This document shows, piece after piece, positions 1 through 12,869 of a stretch of 64,000 nt of DNA. The DNA lies in NCBI GenBank assembly GCA_016930515.1, contig JAFGGO010000085.1, positions 244 through 64,243 of the forward strand. Reading direction: 5' to 3'. Source of the DNA: Promethearchaeota archaeon (GTDB lineage: Archaea; Asgardarchaeota; Lokiarchaeia; Sigyniarchaeales; SOKP01). Below the pieces are notes generated by a model. That model saw nothing but the letters and a program-made list of their open reading frames with translations. It had not been told where the DNA came from and made no database searches. The position numbers and the translations under genes were made by a program. The stretch's first letter is position 1. Each line of letters opens with the position of its first letter.

Positions 1-2
1 CA

Positions 3-116
3 ACGGCACCTATTTTATCATACAATGCTTGGGATTTCGAAACGATTTCAGAGATTTGGATTTCTACTTTCCCTGTTCTTTCACGATTAAGTCAGCTCTT
101 CTGGAAAGCTAAATAA
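3..116 (+). CDS. Probable 3' end of a CDS entering from the left edge
   Basis: Open frame TAPILSYNAWDFETISEIWISTFPVLSRLSQLFWKAK ends at TAA 114-116 and converges on the next gene. Confidence 0.4.
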   Translation, partial: TAPILSYNAWDFETISEIWISTFPVLSRLSQLFWKAK

Positions 117-146
117 ATAATAAAAAAAATTGTATTAGAAGTTAAT

Positions 147-761
147 TTAGATCTTTCCAGATTTCTTTTTTTTTTTCATTTTCAAAGCCACGTATCTCTT
201 GAATAGCAAGGCTCCAATCGAAATAATGGTCATCGCAGTATATATTGTAAAAACCACTGGGTTTTGAAAATCCGTCCCAATGATGACACCGTGAATGTAA
301 GCAAAAATGAGGGCAATGTAGTTAAGGGCGTGAATGTATCTCCAGTAATTTTTGGCTTTTTTCCTAAGTGCTCCAGCTACTACCGAAATATATATTAAAA
401 TGAGCGCTGGTCTGCCAGCCAATCGCCAAAACTCGAACCACGGGTAAATCACGGGAATAAACACCGCTAAATCCATTTTGGAAATGGCAAATCCGATCGG
501 ATGGAGCGTCACGAGTACGAGTCCCATTATCGAATAAACATGGTGGATTTTTATAAAGGGTTTCCCGAACGCTTTATAGAGCTTTTTAATCAGCGCTGAT
601 AAGAGGGTTGCCATAAAAAGGCAAAAAAATCCTAAAAGTGCCCCAAATCTGATGATGAATTGAAGCAAATCTTCTGAAGTTAGTCCCACGAGAAGTCCAA
701 GAGCCAACGCAACCATCATAGTCGCGAATACGACGATGTAAAAGTTGATTTTTGTTGACAT
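147..761 (-). CDS. Ferric reductase-like transmembrane (MsrQ-like, heme b) membrane protein
   Basis: About 6 TM helices with His pairs (KIHH..TLHP, WRYIHALNY..YIHG) typical of the family. Confidence 0.75.
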   Translation of the reverse strand: MSTKINFYIVVFATMMVALALGLLVGLTSEDLLQFIIRFGALLGFFCLFMATLLSALIKKLYKAFGKPFIKIHHVYSIMGLVLVTLHPIGFAISKMDLAVFIPVIYPWFEFWRLAGRPALILIYISVVAGALRKKAKNYWRYIHALNYIALIFAYIHGVIIGTDFQNPVVFTIYTAMTIISIGALLFKRYVALKMKKKKKSGKI

Positions 762-1004
762 AGATAGAATATTTGGTTAAGCAAATATAAAAATTATTCT
801 ATAAAGAATAATTAAGATGTTTTCAATTATTCTAGAGGATTTTCTTCGAGATTAACAAATTCTAAATCAGGTATTGAAGAGCAACTTTAACGATTTTTTT
901 ACAAGGGAAATGCCATTTTTAGGGTAGAAAACTATATATTATCCTATACGATTATCAATAATAAAAAAAGGAGATTATGTCCCTTTCTTTCAAGGTGAAA
1001 TAAA

Positions 1005-1895
1005 ATTCTATTAGAAGAAGAACGCTTTTTTCTTGACTTATTAAAATTTAATCCTAACTCTAATATCGTTTCGAAATTTAACCAAGAAATATTGAAAGGG
1101 ACATTGAGCAAGTACACGCTACAAACCAAGGAAAGGTCTTTCTTTTTTTCTCCCTACCTCTGGAAAGCTTTAATAGCAGATTTATTGAAAACGATAAGCG
1201 ATCCTTTAGTTGTCAAAAGATTATATGAATTAAACGCAAATTTGGAAAAAATCACGCAAGAAGTTGCGAATGGCTTTAAAAAAGCGTTACCAATTGAAAG
1301 CCTGTATCTATACGATTGGCAGGTAAGCTTCTTGCCTGAAAGCATCGAGACGCTTACAGAGATAAAGGAATTAAGCATATATTCGGATGTGGACGACGAC
1401 AAGGAAATACCCCTTAAGGAGTTGCCGGAAAATCTTGATAAACTTGTTAACCTCGAAGAATTATTCGTTCAACACACTCAATTGGAAGAGTTTCCCGAAA
1501 GCGCCTGCGGTCTCAAAAATTTGAAAAGATTGGAGCTTAGTTTGAACCACATTTCCACCTTACCAGAAAGGATAGGAGAATTAAAAGAACTCGAATATTT
1601 AGACCTAACTCAAAACGCAATAGATATAATTCCTGAGACTATAGGTCGATTGAAATGCTTAAAGGAGCTAATCTTGGTCGACAACCAACTCGCAAACCTT
1701 CCAGAATCGATTGGAGGCCTTGATTCTCTTGAAGTCCTGGACTTAAGCGACAATTGCGAGTTGGAATGCTTACCTGATACTATCACTCGATTAAAAAACT
1801 TAAAAAGTGTCTCTCTATTAGGTTGTGATTCCTTATCACTAAGTTCGGAGCAAGAGAACTGGCTCTATAACTTGGACGGTGAACTGATGTTCTGA
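1005..1895 (+). CDS. Leucine-rich repeat protein; start uncertain (ATT 1005, TTG 1092, or frameshifted ATG 977)
   Basis: Repeated LxxLxLxxNxLxxLPExIGxL units; frame is open from 999. Confidence 0.85.
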   Translation: MLLEEERFFLDLLKFNPNSNIVSKFNQEILKGTLSKYTLQTKERSFFFSPYLWKALIADLLKTISDPLVVKRLYELNANLEKITQEVANGFKKALPIESLYLYDWQVSFLPESIETLTEIKELSIYSDVDDDKEIPLKELPENLDKLVNLEELFVQHTQLEEFPESACGLKNLKRLELSLNHISTLPERIGELKELEYLDLTQNAIDIIPETIGRLKCLKELILVDNQLANLPESIGGLDSLEVLDLSDNCELECLPDTITRLKNLKSVSLLGCDSLSLSSEQENWLYNLDGELMF

Positions 1896-2282
1896 ATCGT
1901 GTCTGGAAAAGCATTATTGATTAATATTCGTGCTTATATTTTTGAATGATTGAATGCTAATCCTTGTTTCAAATTTTGATTTCCACTCGTGAACAAGAAG
2001 CGATCTTGTTAGCCCGAGTTCAAGTATATCTTTTTTTCATCACAAGAAAGTATAAAAAATAAAGATAAAAGAAAGAAAAAGAAAAAAAGAAAAAATCTTG
2101 AGATTTATTCCTTGAACTTCTCTCTCTTTTAACGAAAAGAACACAATCGTTCTGATAATTAACTTTTAATAAACAAATAAAAAAAAATAAATAGGTAATA
2201 TTTTAAATTACTCATGTTCGTTCCTTCCTCGTGGTCATAGGTGAAAATCAAGTTATTTTTTGATTAGTCTATCGATTTCATC

Positions 2283-2306
2283 GCCCCTTGAAGACTTCAA
2301 GAGGGC
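2283..2306. terminator. GC-stem hairpin just downstream of katG
   Basis: GCCCCTTGAAGACTTCAAGAGGGC inverted repeat immediately after the katG stop; no U-tract on the katG strand. Confidence 0.4.
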
Positions 2307-2313
2307 TTTAATC

Positions 2314-4530
<2,217 letters not shown>

Positions 4531-4630
4531 TTATAATTTGAGATTTTTATCAATATATCTATAAAAAATTTAGATCATTGATTTGTTATTTCAGTGTAGT
4601 TTTAATCCTATCTATTATAACTTATTTAAT

Positions 4631-4679
4631 CAATAATCATTATCATATAGAATTGCTTACTAATCCATAATAATTATTA
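4631..4679. promoter_or_regulatory. Two Fur/PerR-type boxes between katG and the Fur-family gene
   Basis: CAATAATCATTATCA (4631-4645) and CCATAATAATTATTA (4665-4679), both with an ATAAT-N-ATTAT core. Confidence 0.55.
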
Positions 4680-4760
4680 AAAAAGCTTATCTTTATATTC
4701 TAAAAGTAATTTTAATATTAAGGATTATAAATTGAAATAAAACAAGATTAAGTGATCTTG

Positions 4761-5174
4761 ATGGAAAGCAAAGAGATAATAAAAATCCTTAGAGATAGGG
4801 GATTGAAAGTTACGGTTCAACGATTAGCGACTTGTAAATACGTGTTAGCAAGACAGGATCATCCTTCAGCAGATCAAATATATAGCGCTTTAAAAATTGA
4901 TTATCCTACCATTAGTTTAGGTACTATTTATAAGACTTTAAGTTTAATGAAAGACCTACATCTCGTTCAAGAATTAGGCTTTAAAGATGGAACGATTAGA
5001 TACGATCCCAACTTGAATCTTCACATTAATTTAGTATGTACAAGTTGCGGAAAAATTCACGACTATAAACCAGAAAATATTGAAGTTATTTGGAAAAAAC
5101 TGCTTTCAAATTTACATGTGAAACCTGAAGGTCAAAGAGTCGATATATATTATAAATGCTCGGACTGTTTGTAA
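4761..5174 (+). CDS. Fur-family transcriptional regulator, probably PerR-like
   Basis: TVQR, HPSADQIY, SLGTIYKTL, HINLVCTSCGKI and C-terminal CxxC; divergent from katG. Confidence 0.9.
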   Translation: MESKEIIKILRDRGLKVTVQRLATCKYVLARQDHPSADQIYSALKIDYPTISLGTIYKTLSLMKDLHLVQELGFKDGTIRYDPNLNLHINLVCTSCGKIHDYKPENIEVIWKKLLSNLHVKPEGQRVDIYYKCSDCL

Positions 5175-5357
5175 TATGAATAAGAACCAATAAAATTTTT
5201 AAATTCATTCTTAAGGACATTTCGTAATATATTCAGGATATTTATATATAAATCCATATTTGGACATGATATATTGATAACTATTTTCCTTTCGTGATTA
5301 TATTTTATTCCATTCCAAAAAATAAAAAAAAATTGATTGAAAAAAATATATTTAGAC

Positions 5358-5834
5358 CTAGAGGGTTTCAGCAAACAAGGTGGAGTCGTAAATTGTAGTT
5401 CCAGGATCGTCAGATACGCCCCATATTGTAATCACGTGAACTCCAGAAAGCGAAGCATTTATATATTGCATGGATATGGAGAACGTAACGATACCCCCAA
5501 CACTATCCGTTCTAGAAGCCGCAGCTTCAATTCCTGTATATACTCCATCAAGATACATGTGAAGATATATATAAAGACCATCAACTCTAGCCGTACAGGT
5601 GAATAGAACGCGTAGGGTCTTACCTGCTTTAACATTTACCGATAAAGAGATGTCGGTTATAGCCGTATACGAGGAATAATATACGCTTTTTGCATCTTCT
5701 TCCACGTCGTACCAAGTATCAGTGATTTGAGATTGTAAAGTTAGATTTTGATATAAAGTGTACCCCGCAAGACCTACTCCTACTATACCTATGATAATGC
5801 CAATCACGGCTGCGACATTATTACTTTTTCCCAT
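5358..5834 (-). CDS. Membrane-anchored hypothetical protein with a beta-rich extracellular domain
   Basis: N-terminal TM helix; SD GAGGT before ATG. Confidence 0.7.
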   Translation of the reverse strand: MGKSNNVAAVIGIIIGIVGVGLAGYTLYQNLTLQSQITDTWYDVEEDAKSVYYSSYTAITDISLSVNVKAGKTLRVLFTCTARVDGLYIYLHMYLDGVYTGIEAAASRTDSVGGIVTFSISMQYINASLSGVHVITIWGVSDDPGTTIYDSTLFAETL

Positions 5835-6119
5835 TATTTTTACCTCATTAAACTTGTTATAAAATAAAGAAATTGAATGAGGTAAGTATTGATGCTCAAT
5901 TATTTAAACTTTAAGGTTTTTGTATTTCTTTTCTGTCATATAATAATCTATTTTTTAGACTCACGTGGTTTTAGCGAATGTGAATTTAAAGTAAGCGAAA
6001 AAGTTATCATTTAATAGACTCCATTCTCTCATTGGCAATAACCGTTTTTTTCACTCAGGATTTGGAATTCGTTTAAGCCACTCGAGTAATTATAATGAGA
6101 TTATAAATAATATCTCGTA

Positions 6120-6611
6120 TTAGGTCGGTGAGCGACTTTCTGAAAATTTTCTTAATTCAGTAATGACGCCGTGAGCTGCCAAGAATAAATCCGAGAAGGC
6201 GTCATTTCCTTTTCCAAGTTTTTTTCCGGTTGATGCATATGAGAAGTTTCCATCAAATGTTAAAAAATAAAAGTTCACTGCGCCTTCAGAGGGTAAGGGG
6301 TATTTCGTCGTTTCTTGACCTTTTTCGTAAAAAACTTGCGCTCCCGTGAGAAGAATTTCCGAAGCTTTTCTAACATCCTCGTGCTCGCCGCCCCCAAGTA
6401 TTCCTCCTCCATTACTAAAATAGAGACTGGTGGTTCCGTCAATTAAAACGACAAGCGTGTACGAGGCACTTAAAATTCCGGTTTCCATGACGATTCCCCA
6501 AACTGGGAAATTACATGTCTCTTTGCTTATTCCTATATCCGTTGGATTCAAGCCAAAAACCATATTACGCAAACCTAAGAATACTTCTTTGTTGTCGTTT
6601 GACTTAGTCAT
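6120..6611 (-). CDS. Conserved-looking hypothetical protein
   Basis: 163-aa ORF with protein-like composition (DGTTSLYFSNGGGILGGG). Confidence 0.7.
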   Translation of the reverse strand: MTKSNDNKEVFLGLRNMVFGLNPTDIGISKETCNFPVWGIVMETGILSASYTLVVLIDGTTSLYFSNGGGILGGGEHEDVRKASEILLTGAQVFYEKGQETTKYPLPSEGAVNFYFLTFDGNFSYASTGKKLGKGNDAFSDLFLAAHGVITELRKFSESRSPT

Positions 6612-6704
6612 GGGTAATATAAAAATGCAAATGTAATAAAACTTCTAATTCGCATCCTATAAATTAAAGAACTTTAAAAGGTAATTATATAAGTTTTAAT
6701 AAAC

Positions 6705-6957
6705 TCACGTCTTTTTAATACGAAATATTAGGATTGAAGTGATAACTGAGACCGAGATAAACGCACAAATCAAATTGAAATCGCCAAAGGGGATTAAATT
6801 TCTCACTTTTTGATCGATAGAATTGTCATTATCGGCGATATAATTATCAAGCTCAACGGTATTTGGACCACCTTGCTCGACTGTTTCATCTGACCGCCAT
6901 CATTGGAATCAATACCATCTAACAAATAAACACCCACGATTGAATTATTACAGTGGT
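6705..6957 (-). pseudogene. C-terminal remnant of a surface protein with an IPFG-type (Loki-CTERM-like) anchor
   Basis: ...QKVRNLIPFGDFNLICAFISVSVITSILIFRIKKT*; frameshifted near 6895, no valid start. Confidence 0.6.
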
Positions 6958-7032
6958 AACTTTTTTAATTTCTATGTGGAAACTGGAGTAAAAACCAAAT
7001 ATATTAATCAAGATCAAATATAATTTACATGT

Positions 7033-7530
7033 ATGGAATCGTTTCACGATAGTATGGTTGAATACAGAAGCCAACTAAAGAAAGGCAAGATTCAGAGAGC
7101 GTATCGAGGATTAATGGATTATTATGGATCCTTGCGATCGCATTTTCAAAAGAACCATCCCGAACACGCCGTGCCGGGCAACACTTATTTTGGATACATG
7201 GATATGACCTATTTTGCCGTTAATCCGCTTTTATTGAAAGCTCGAAAATTAAGGATTGCTATCGTGTTCCTGCACGAGGAGTTCCGGTTTGAAGCGTGGT
7301 TGGGTGCTTACAATAAAACCATTCAGAAAGAATACTGGGACTTGGTAAGGCAAAAAAGTTGGGACAAATACCGGGTTCCCTCGAGTTTAGAAGGAGTTGA
7401 TTCCATCGTGGAATGTAATTTAGTTGAAAATCCAGACTTTCGGGATTTGGAAGCGTTAACCACGCAAATCGAGACGGGAACGATGAGATTCGTGAAGGAT
7501 GTAGAAGATTTCTTGTCTAAATTAATATAA
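7033..7530 (+). CDS. Conserved hypothetical protein (DUF7000-like)
   Basis: GKIQRAYRGLM, YFGYMDMTYF, LRIAIVFLH..RFEAWL motifs. Confidence 0.7.
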   Translation: MESFHDSMVEYRSQLKKGKIQRAYRGLMDYYGSLRSHFQKNHPEHAVPGNTYFGYMDMTYFAVNPLLLKARKLRIAIVFLHEEFRFEAWLGAYNKTIQKEYWDLVRQKSWDKYRVPSSLEGVDSIVECNLVENPDFRDLEALTTQIETGTMRFVKDVEDFLSKLI

Positions 7531-7672
7531 CTTGTCAAAATTTAAAAAATATGTTTTAGATTATAATTAAAAAAACTCAATAAGAATCCATAATTGTTGT
7601 ATAAACGGGGAGTTTATTCAAAATCACTTCTAACTTATTGTATTTAAGGATATTTTATTTAAGTTGTTTTAC

Positions 7673-7915
7673 TTAATAACGAAAAGATTTGTGTTGTCTT
7701 GGAGCGTGGTGAGTTACTACTACCTCGCTGGCTTGAGGTCCCTTGGCACCTTGTGATACTTCAAAAGTGACTTTATCTCCTTCGTTTATTGTCTTAAACT
7801 CGTCTTTATCGGCCTTGATTGAAGAGAAGTGAACAAATACATCAGTACCTTCTTCTGATTCTATAAATCCGAAGCCTTTTTTGTTGTTAAACCATTTTAC
7901 TGTTCCATTTACCAT
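7673..7915 (-). CDS. cspA: Cold-shock domain protein (CspA family)
   Basis: [29 protein letters not shown]; likely start ATG 7915. Confidence 0.93.
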   Translation of the reverse strand: MVNGTVKWFNNKKGFGFIESEEGTDVFVHFSSIKADKDEFKTINEGDKVTFEVSQGAKGPQASEVVVTHHAPRQHKSFRY

Positions 7916-8255
7916 ATTTAAAACCTTGTTAAATAAACAAGCATCGCCATCATGCAATTTGAATGCTTGTTAATTCTATTAAGCATTGATCTGTATTAAG
8001 TTTTTTGGTGGTTGGTTTGGGGTGATACTTTTTTTCTATTATTTTTAGTAGTAACAATATAGATAACGATTTTCATTGAATCTAGATTCGACTCGTAATA
8101 TTTTCTAATTAGAGACACAATTATGATCGGTTTAATATATATTTTTTTTCTAATTCGGTTTTATTTTGCTTGATATGGATGTGGCATTCGATAAATAAAA
8201 AAAACCTACATGATTACCTTATTATTATACAAATCTCATCTTTAAAATTACTATT

Positions 8256-9185
8256 ATGGCCGATGCGAATTATATTTTTTTATTATCGCTTTCAGTAATC
8301 CTGTTAGGATTTATATTGAAAAAATTAAAGATAATTTCCGAAGACAATGGAAAGGTAATCGTGAAAATTATTTTTAACGTCACCTTGCCCTCGTTAATTT
8401 TGAATGTCTTGAGTTCCGTCGTGTTTGACGTAACTCTCTTGTTATTGCCCATGATTCCACTTATGTTCAGTTCTATCGTCTTGATTGTTTGTTATTTCGT
8501 GTTTAGATCGCATCCGAAAGACATCAAGAGCATGATATTCATGACGGTCATAGGATTTAACATGGGTAATTTTGCGTATCCTTTAATAGAGAGTATATGG
8601 GGGGAAGCGGGCTTGAGATATATCGTATTTTTTGATATTGGAAACGCGCTTGTCATATTTATCGTGATAGGGTTTATTGCCTCGTTTTATTCTGAAAAAC
8701 AAGCCATTGAAGGCAACGAAACCGTGTATAAAACTACTTTTTTGCGCGTGGTTAAATCTCCGCCGTTAATTGCCGTTTTTATCGCCTTAATCGTTAATTT
8801 AAGCGGGTTGACAATTCCCTTATTCATTCAAGATTTTTTGGACATCCTTTCGAGAGCAAACATGGCGCTTACCTTGCTAAGTTTGGGCATTTTTTTAAAT
8901 TTTCGGTTTGAAAAAACCGAGTGGAAGACGATCGGAAAAATCTTGGTCATTCGCTATTCTTTTGGCTTAATGGCAGGTCTTTTCTTGTTCTTTATCTTGC
9001 CTTTTCCCTTGCTCTATCGCACGATCGTGCTCATAAGTTTGATTCTCCCGATGGCCATGGGCACGATTCTTTTCGCAGTCGAGTATGGTCATGACGAAAA
9101 AATCGCAGGAATGATAGGAAATATCACGTTAATCATCAGTTTCGTGATGATGTGGATCATTATTTTAATTATAGGGGTTATTTAA
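8256..9185 (+). CDS. AEC (auxin efflux carrier/malate permease) family transporter
   Basis: About 10 TM; NVTLPSLI, NMGNFAYPLI, KSPPLIA motifs. Confidence 0.85.
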   Translation: MADANYIFLLSLSVILLGFILKKLKIISEDNGKVIVKIIFNVTLPSLILNVLSSVVFDVTLLLLPMIPLMFSSIVLIVCYFVFRSHPKDIKSMIFMTVIGFNMGNFAYPLIESIWGEAGLRYIVFFDIGNALVIFIVIGFIASFYSEKQAIEGNETVYKTTFLRVVKSPPLIAVFIALIVNLSGLTIPLFIQDFLDILSRANMALTLLSLGIFLNFRFEKTEWKTIGKILVIRYSFGLMAGLFLFFILPFPLLYRTIVLISLILPMAMGTILFAVEYGHDEKIAGMIGNITLIISFVMMWIIILIIGVI

Positions 9186-9274
9186 CATTTAATTTTCAGG
9201 ATTTTGAACGACTTAAAACTTCATGTGAGTGATATATCATCTTTATAAAAAAAAATGATAAGAATAAATTTTCA

Positions 9275-9493
9275 TTATTTTAAATGACGCTTTTTAACGA
9301 TTACGATTGTTGCTGCTATTGAAATGCAGATAAAAATCAAGTAACCATCGCCAAACGGGATTCCATTTATTAGAACACCGATGGTTGTGCTCTCCAAGAT
9401 ATAAGTATATAACAATGAGCCATTAGCTAAGAAATATTCAACGCTAGATGCTATTCCGGCGGAATTATAGGTAATGACGATTTTATGATTATT
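9275..9493 (-). pseudogene. C-terminal remnant of a surface protein with an IPFG-type anchor
   Basis: HKIVITYNSAGIASSVEYFLANGSLLYTYILESTTIGVLINGIPFGDGYLIFICISIAATIVIVKKRHLK*; preceded by an in-frame stop, no start codon. Confidence 0.65.
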
Positions 9494-9583
9494 TTAATAA
9501 TTTTACTAGATGGATTTATTAAAGTCTATGAATTCATATGGGTCTACAAATATTTTAAAAACTATTTTTGGTTCATTTTCTTC

Positions 9584-10219
9584 ATGAGCATGAAAAGTGA
9601 TATAGGCGATTTTTTTAAATTAAACCCAGAACATGTTAAAATGGCTTGTAAAATAGCAGGAGACGCTTTCCAGGAGGATCCATTCACGAAGTTCGTGTAT
9701 CCTGACGAGAATGTCCGAAAGCAAAAACTACAACATGCTTTTTTAATGCCCTATACTTATGGTATAAGACATGGAATGACTTACGCCACCTCTTCTAATC
9801 TAGAAGGAGTGATAATTTGGTTGCCTCCCGGCAAGATTTATGCTTCTACTTGGACAATGATGAAATATGGTGGTTTTCGCACGATATTTAAAGTCGGATT
9901 TAATATCAAAGCATTGAAAAGAAGTATAGCTGTATTCGCTTATATGGAAGCAAGACATAAACACTTGGTCCCTTACGATCATTGGTATATCCAAAATTTA
10001 GCCGTCAAACCAAAGGAACAAGGAAAAGGACATGGAAGCTCGCTCATTCGGGCAATGTTTAAGAGAATCGATCCTGAAGGATTACCTATCTATTTAGAAA
10101 CAAATAACGAGAGAAATATATCGTTATATCGTAGACACGGATTTGAAATCCTCGAACATTCAATAATTCCTAATACCGACAATGTACCCCTTTGGTGCAT
10201 GCTGAGAAAACCAATATAA
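9584..10219 (+). CDS. GNAT family N-acetyltransferase
   Basis: HWYIQNLAVKPKEQGKGHGSSL, YLET..RNISLYRRHGF; likely start ATG 9584. Confidence 0.9.
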   Translation: MSMKSDIGDFFKLNPEHVKMACKIAGDAFQEDPFTKFVYPDENVRKQKLQHAFLMPYTYGIRHGMTYATSSNLEGVIIWLPPGKIYASTWTMMKYGGFRTIFKVGFNIKALKRSIAVFAYMEARHKHLVPYDHWYIQNLAVKPKEQGKGHGSSLIRAMFKRIDPEGLPIYLETNNERNISLYRRHGFEILEHSIIPNTDNVPLWCMLRKPI

Positions 10220-10316
10220 GCTCGTTAGCCAAGTCTAATGACAATTTTTGAGTACAATGATAACTTTATCAATTTCAAGGAAAAGCTGTTTAAATGTGAT
10301 TCTTTATAATTATAAG

Positions 10317-10580
10317 TTAAAAGAAATTTCTCGTCTTGATCCTGTATACTGAAAGCCCTATTGGAACGAATAATAAGCCAATGGCAAGATATAAACATAT
10401 ATCTATCAGCAAGGTTAGTGATGCGGCCGATCCGAAAAAATTAACTGTATTTGATGTGCCCCCTGCTCTTAAATAAGCCTGGATGGAAAATAAAAAATGT
10501 GCTGATAAAAACAACATTAAAGACACCACGACGCTAAAGACCTCAAAGATTGACGATATTACTCCGTTTTTTTTCATCAT
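10317..10580 (-). CDS. Small two-TM membrane protein
   Basis: Two hydrophobic segments and a basic tail. Confidence 0.55.
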   Translation of the reverse strand: MMKKNGVISSIFEVFSVVVSLMLFLSAHFLFSIQAYLRAGGTSNTVNFFGSAASLTLLIDICLYLAIGLLFVPIGLSVYRIKTRNFF

Positions 10581-11228
10581 GTTTTAATCCCTAATCCCCT
10601 ATTATTTCCATTTGTTGTTGAATCATTTAAGAATTGTATTAACAGTATACCCTTTTCGTTATAATAACAAAAGTCTCTAAAAAAATCATTGAGAAAGTTG
10701 GTTGGACGAATCACAGCAACGAACATTTTTTCGAAGAAATAAATAAAAGAGGGATTTTTTAGAGTGTATGTTTATAAAAGAAATACACACTAAAAACGGC
10801 AAGCTAAAAAGAGAGGAAACATATCATAATATTTTATTATCATTGGGTAGTATATAGAATTTTATAATTTAGATAGTATAAAATTTCCGAAAACATACAT
10901 TAATTAAATTTTCTTGAAATACTTCGATCTTCAATATAAACCATAATACTAAAAAACTGAATTGATTTTTTCATTTTACACTATTGTAAGTAAATAAGAT
11001 AATATTAAATAACTATTCAAAAGATTAATAAATATATTTCCTTAAAAGACAGTGGTTGTTATTAATGTTTTTATTTAAAAGGGGGAGAACGATTTTTTTA
11101 AAAATCTTTCAATAAGACGATTTTAATAGACTCCTTTGAGTAAAACCTAAATTTTTTAGGTCATTTTTTTAGTTTATATCCTAATTCAAGAAGGAATAAA
11201 GATAACAAATTTTAAGGTAATCAATATC

Positions 11229-11849
11229 GTGAAAGTATCGCCGATTAAGGCCATCGTCTTTGACTTGGGTGATGTCTTAATTGAACATTCTTTTACCCGA
11301 GCGTTCCTTAAGTGGTCTGAATTGACCCAGATTCCCCAGGATCTATTTCAAGAAGGATTTAAATACGAAGATCCCTTGATGGAGAGATTTGAGCGTGGGC
11401 AAATCTCCGCTGAAGATTTTTTTCAACATTTGACTCAAAAATTAAATATAAACTGGGCATTTTCCGAATTTAAACAGGGATGGCTTCACGCGATTGACGA
11501 GGTAAATCCTGAATCGTATACGCTTTTAGAAAAATTAAAAGCTCGTTTTGAATTACACGTCCTCTCAAATACTAACGAGTTACACGCTAAGGATATACTA
11601 GTGCGTTTTCCCAAGCTATTTGCGTATTTTAACCGGATTTTTTTTTCGAACGAATTATACGCGCGCAAGCCTGAGAAAGAAATTTATCGAAAAATGATTG
11701 AGCAACTTGATATGCCTCCCGAACAAATCTTATTTATTGACGATAACGAAAGAAACCTTATTGGAGCATCCGAGTTCGGGATTCAAACCGTTCAAATGCA
11801 ATCTTATTCTCAGTTATATATTTCCCTGAAAAATTTCGCAATCATTTAA
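11229..11849 (+). CDS. HAD-superfamily phosphatase (YihX-like)
   Basis: FDLGDV, LSNTN, KPEKEIY, FIDD motifs. Confidence 0.9.
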   Translation: MKVSPIKAIVFDLGDVLIEHSFTRAFLKWSELTQIPQDLFQEGFKYEDPLMERFERGQISAEDFFQHLTQKLNINWAFSEFKQGWLHAIDEVNPESYTLLEKLKARFELHVLSNTNELHAKDILVRFPKLFAYFNRIFFSNELYARKPEKEIYRKMIEQLDMPPEQILFIDDNERNLIGASEFGIQTVQMQSYSQLYISLKNFAII

Positions 11850-12869
11850 TTTATCGTTTTTGCGAACTCTTGAGAGCTCTATCGTTCCTAATAAAATAAG
11901 GACCATGCTAATCACGACAAAATGGAGATTGAAACAAGAAAGGAGTCGAACAGGAACAATTGGGCCATATACTGTAAAATAAATACCAAGGTAGAAGATT
12001 TGGGATAAGCATAATAGACAAGAACTCGCAATTCCTAAAATCAATTGCGTTTGTCTTTCGAGTGTTTGAAATTTTACGATAAGAAGGATCAAAAGGACCA
12101 GAGCAGCAATTATGGGTATTGTTTGAAGAAGGCTCAAGGGATCAAAACCAAAAAGATATGCGTTAGGTCCGTTGCTGGAAATTTCTACTCCTAAAAAGAT
12201 GTACGCGTAATATAAGAAAGGAGGATTTGTATAAAAATTAATGTATGCGAAAATAGGAAGGAAAAATTGTAATATTAATAATAAAGAAAGAACCATAAAT
12301 ATTCTACGAATGAGGATAATCGAAGGTTTAATTTTATCATCTCTTGATGATGCCCCCTCCAATTTGCGACTAGGGGATTTATCGATTTTTCTCGAAATGT
12401 GAATGGTTATTACGCTTGTTATTATGGCGTAAAAGACTATTATCAAAATACTTGTAAGATAAAAACGATTTAGGCAATTTACACAATATCTTAGGCACAT
12501 GAGCGGATATATGATCAAGGTTAACAAGAATAGAAAAGAAGCAACGAGACCGAGAATTAATTTCGCTTTTCGCTCGAGCTTATTGAGTTTTATTGTTAGT
12601 ACAAAAAATATCACGATGGCAGGAATCACTGGAATTGTATGATAAAGATCTCCCGTAAAAAACCACCAGTGAAATTTACCCGTGTTGTATTCGTAGAAGA
12701 AATGCAGTCCATAGAATCCAAACCAATAAAATCCCTCATAAAAAAACTCAAGATGAGTAGGAAGAAACAGCAATTGAACTATTAACGCGACTCCAAGAAT
12801 TAAAAGAACTTTTCTTGTATATGCATTTTCTCCCTTGAAGATTTTCGTCTTTTGGTTCAATTCGAGCAT
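11814..12869 (-). CDS. Integral membrane protein built from two tandem 4-TM repeats
   Basis: Internal duplication (TIPVIPAIV..KLNKLERKAKLILG / TIPIIAALV..KFQTLERQTQLILG). Confidence 0.75.
   Translation of the reverse strand: MLELNQKTKIFKGENAYTRKVLLILGVALIVQLLFLPTHLEFFYEGFYWFGFYGLHFFYEYNTGKFHWWFFTGDLYHTIPVIPAIVIFFVLTIKLNKLERKAKLILGLVASFLFLLTLIIYPLMCLRYCVNCLNRFYLTSILIIVFYAIITSVITIHISRKIDKSPSRKLEGASSRDDKIKPSIILIRRIFMVLSLLLILQFFLPIFAYINFYTNPPFLYYAYIFLGVEISSNGPNAYLFGFDPLSLLQTIPIIAALVLLILLIVKFQTLERQTQLILGIASSCLLCLSQIFYLGIYFTVYGPIVPVRLLSCFNLHFVVISMVLILLGTIELSRVRKNDKLNDCEIFQGNI

Noticed and set aside
10755-10796. Imperfect inverted repeat TTTTTAGAGTGTAT...ATACACACTAAAAA in a long AT-rich intergenic region
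   Set aside because: Single weak AT-rich hairpin with no second copy or recognisable RNA family.
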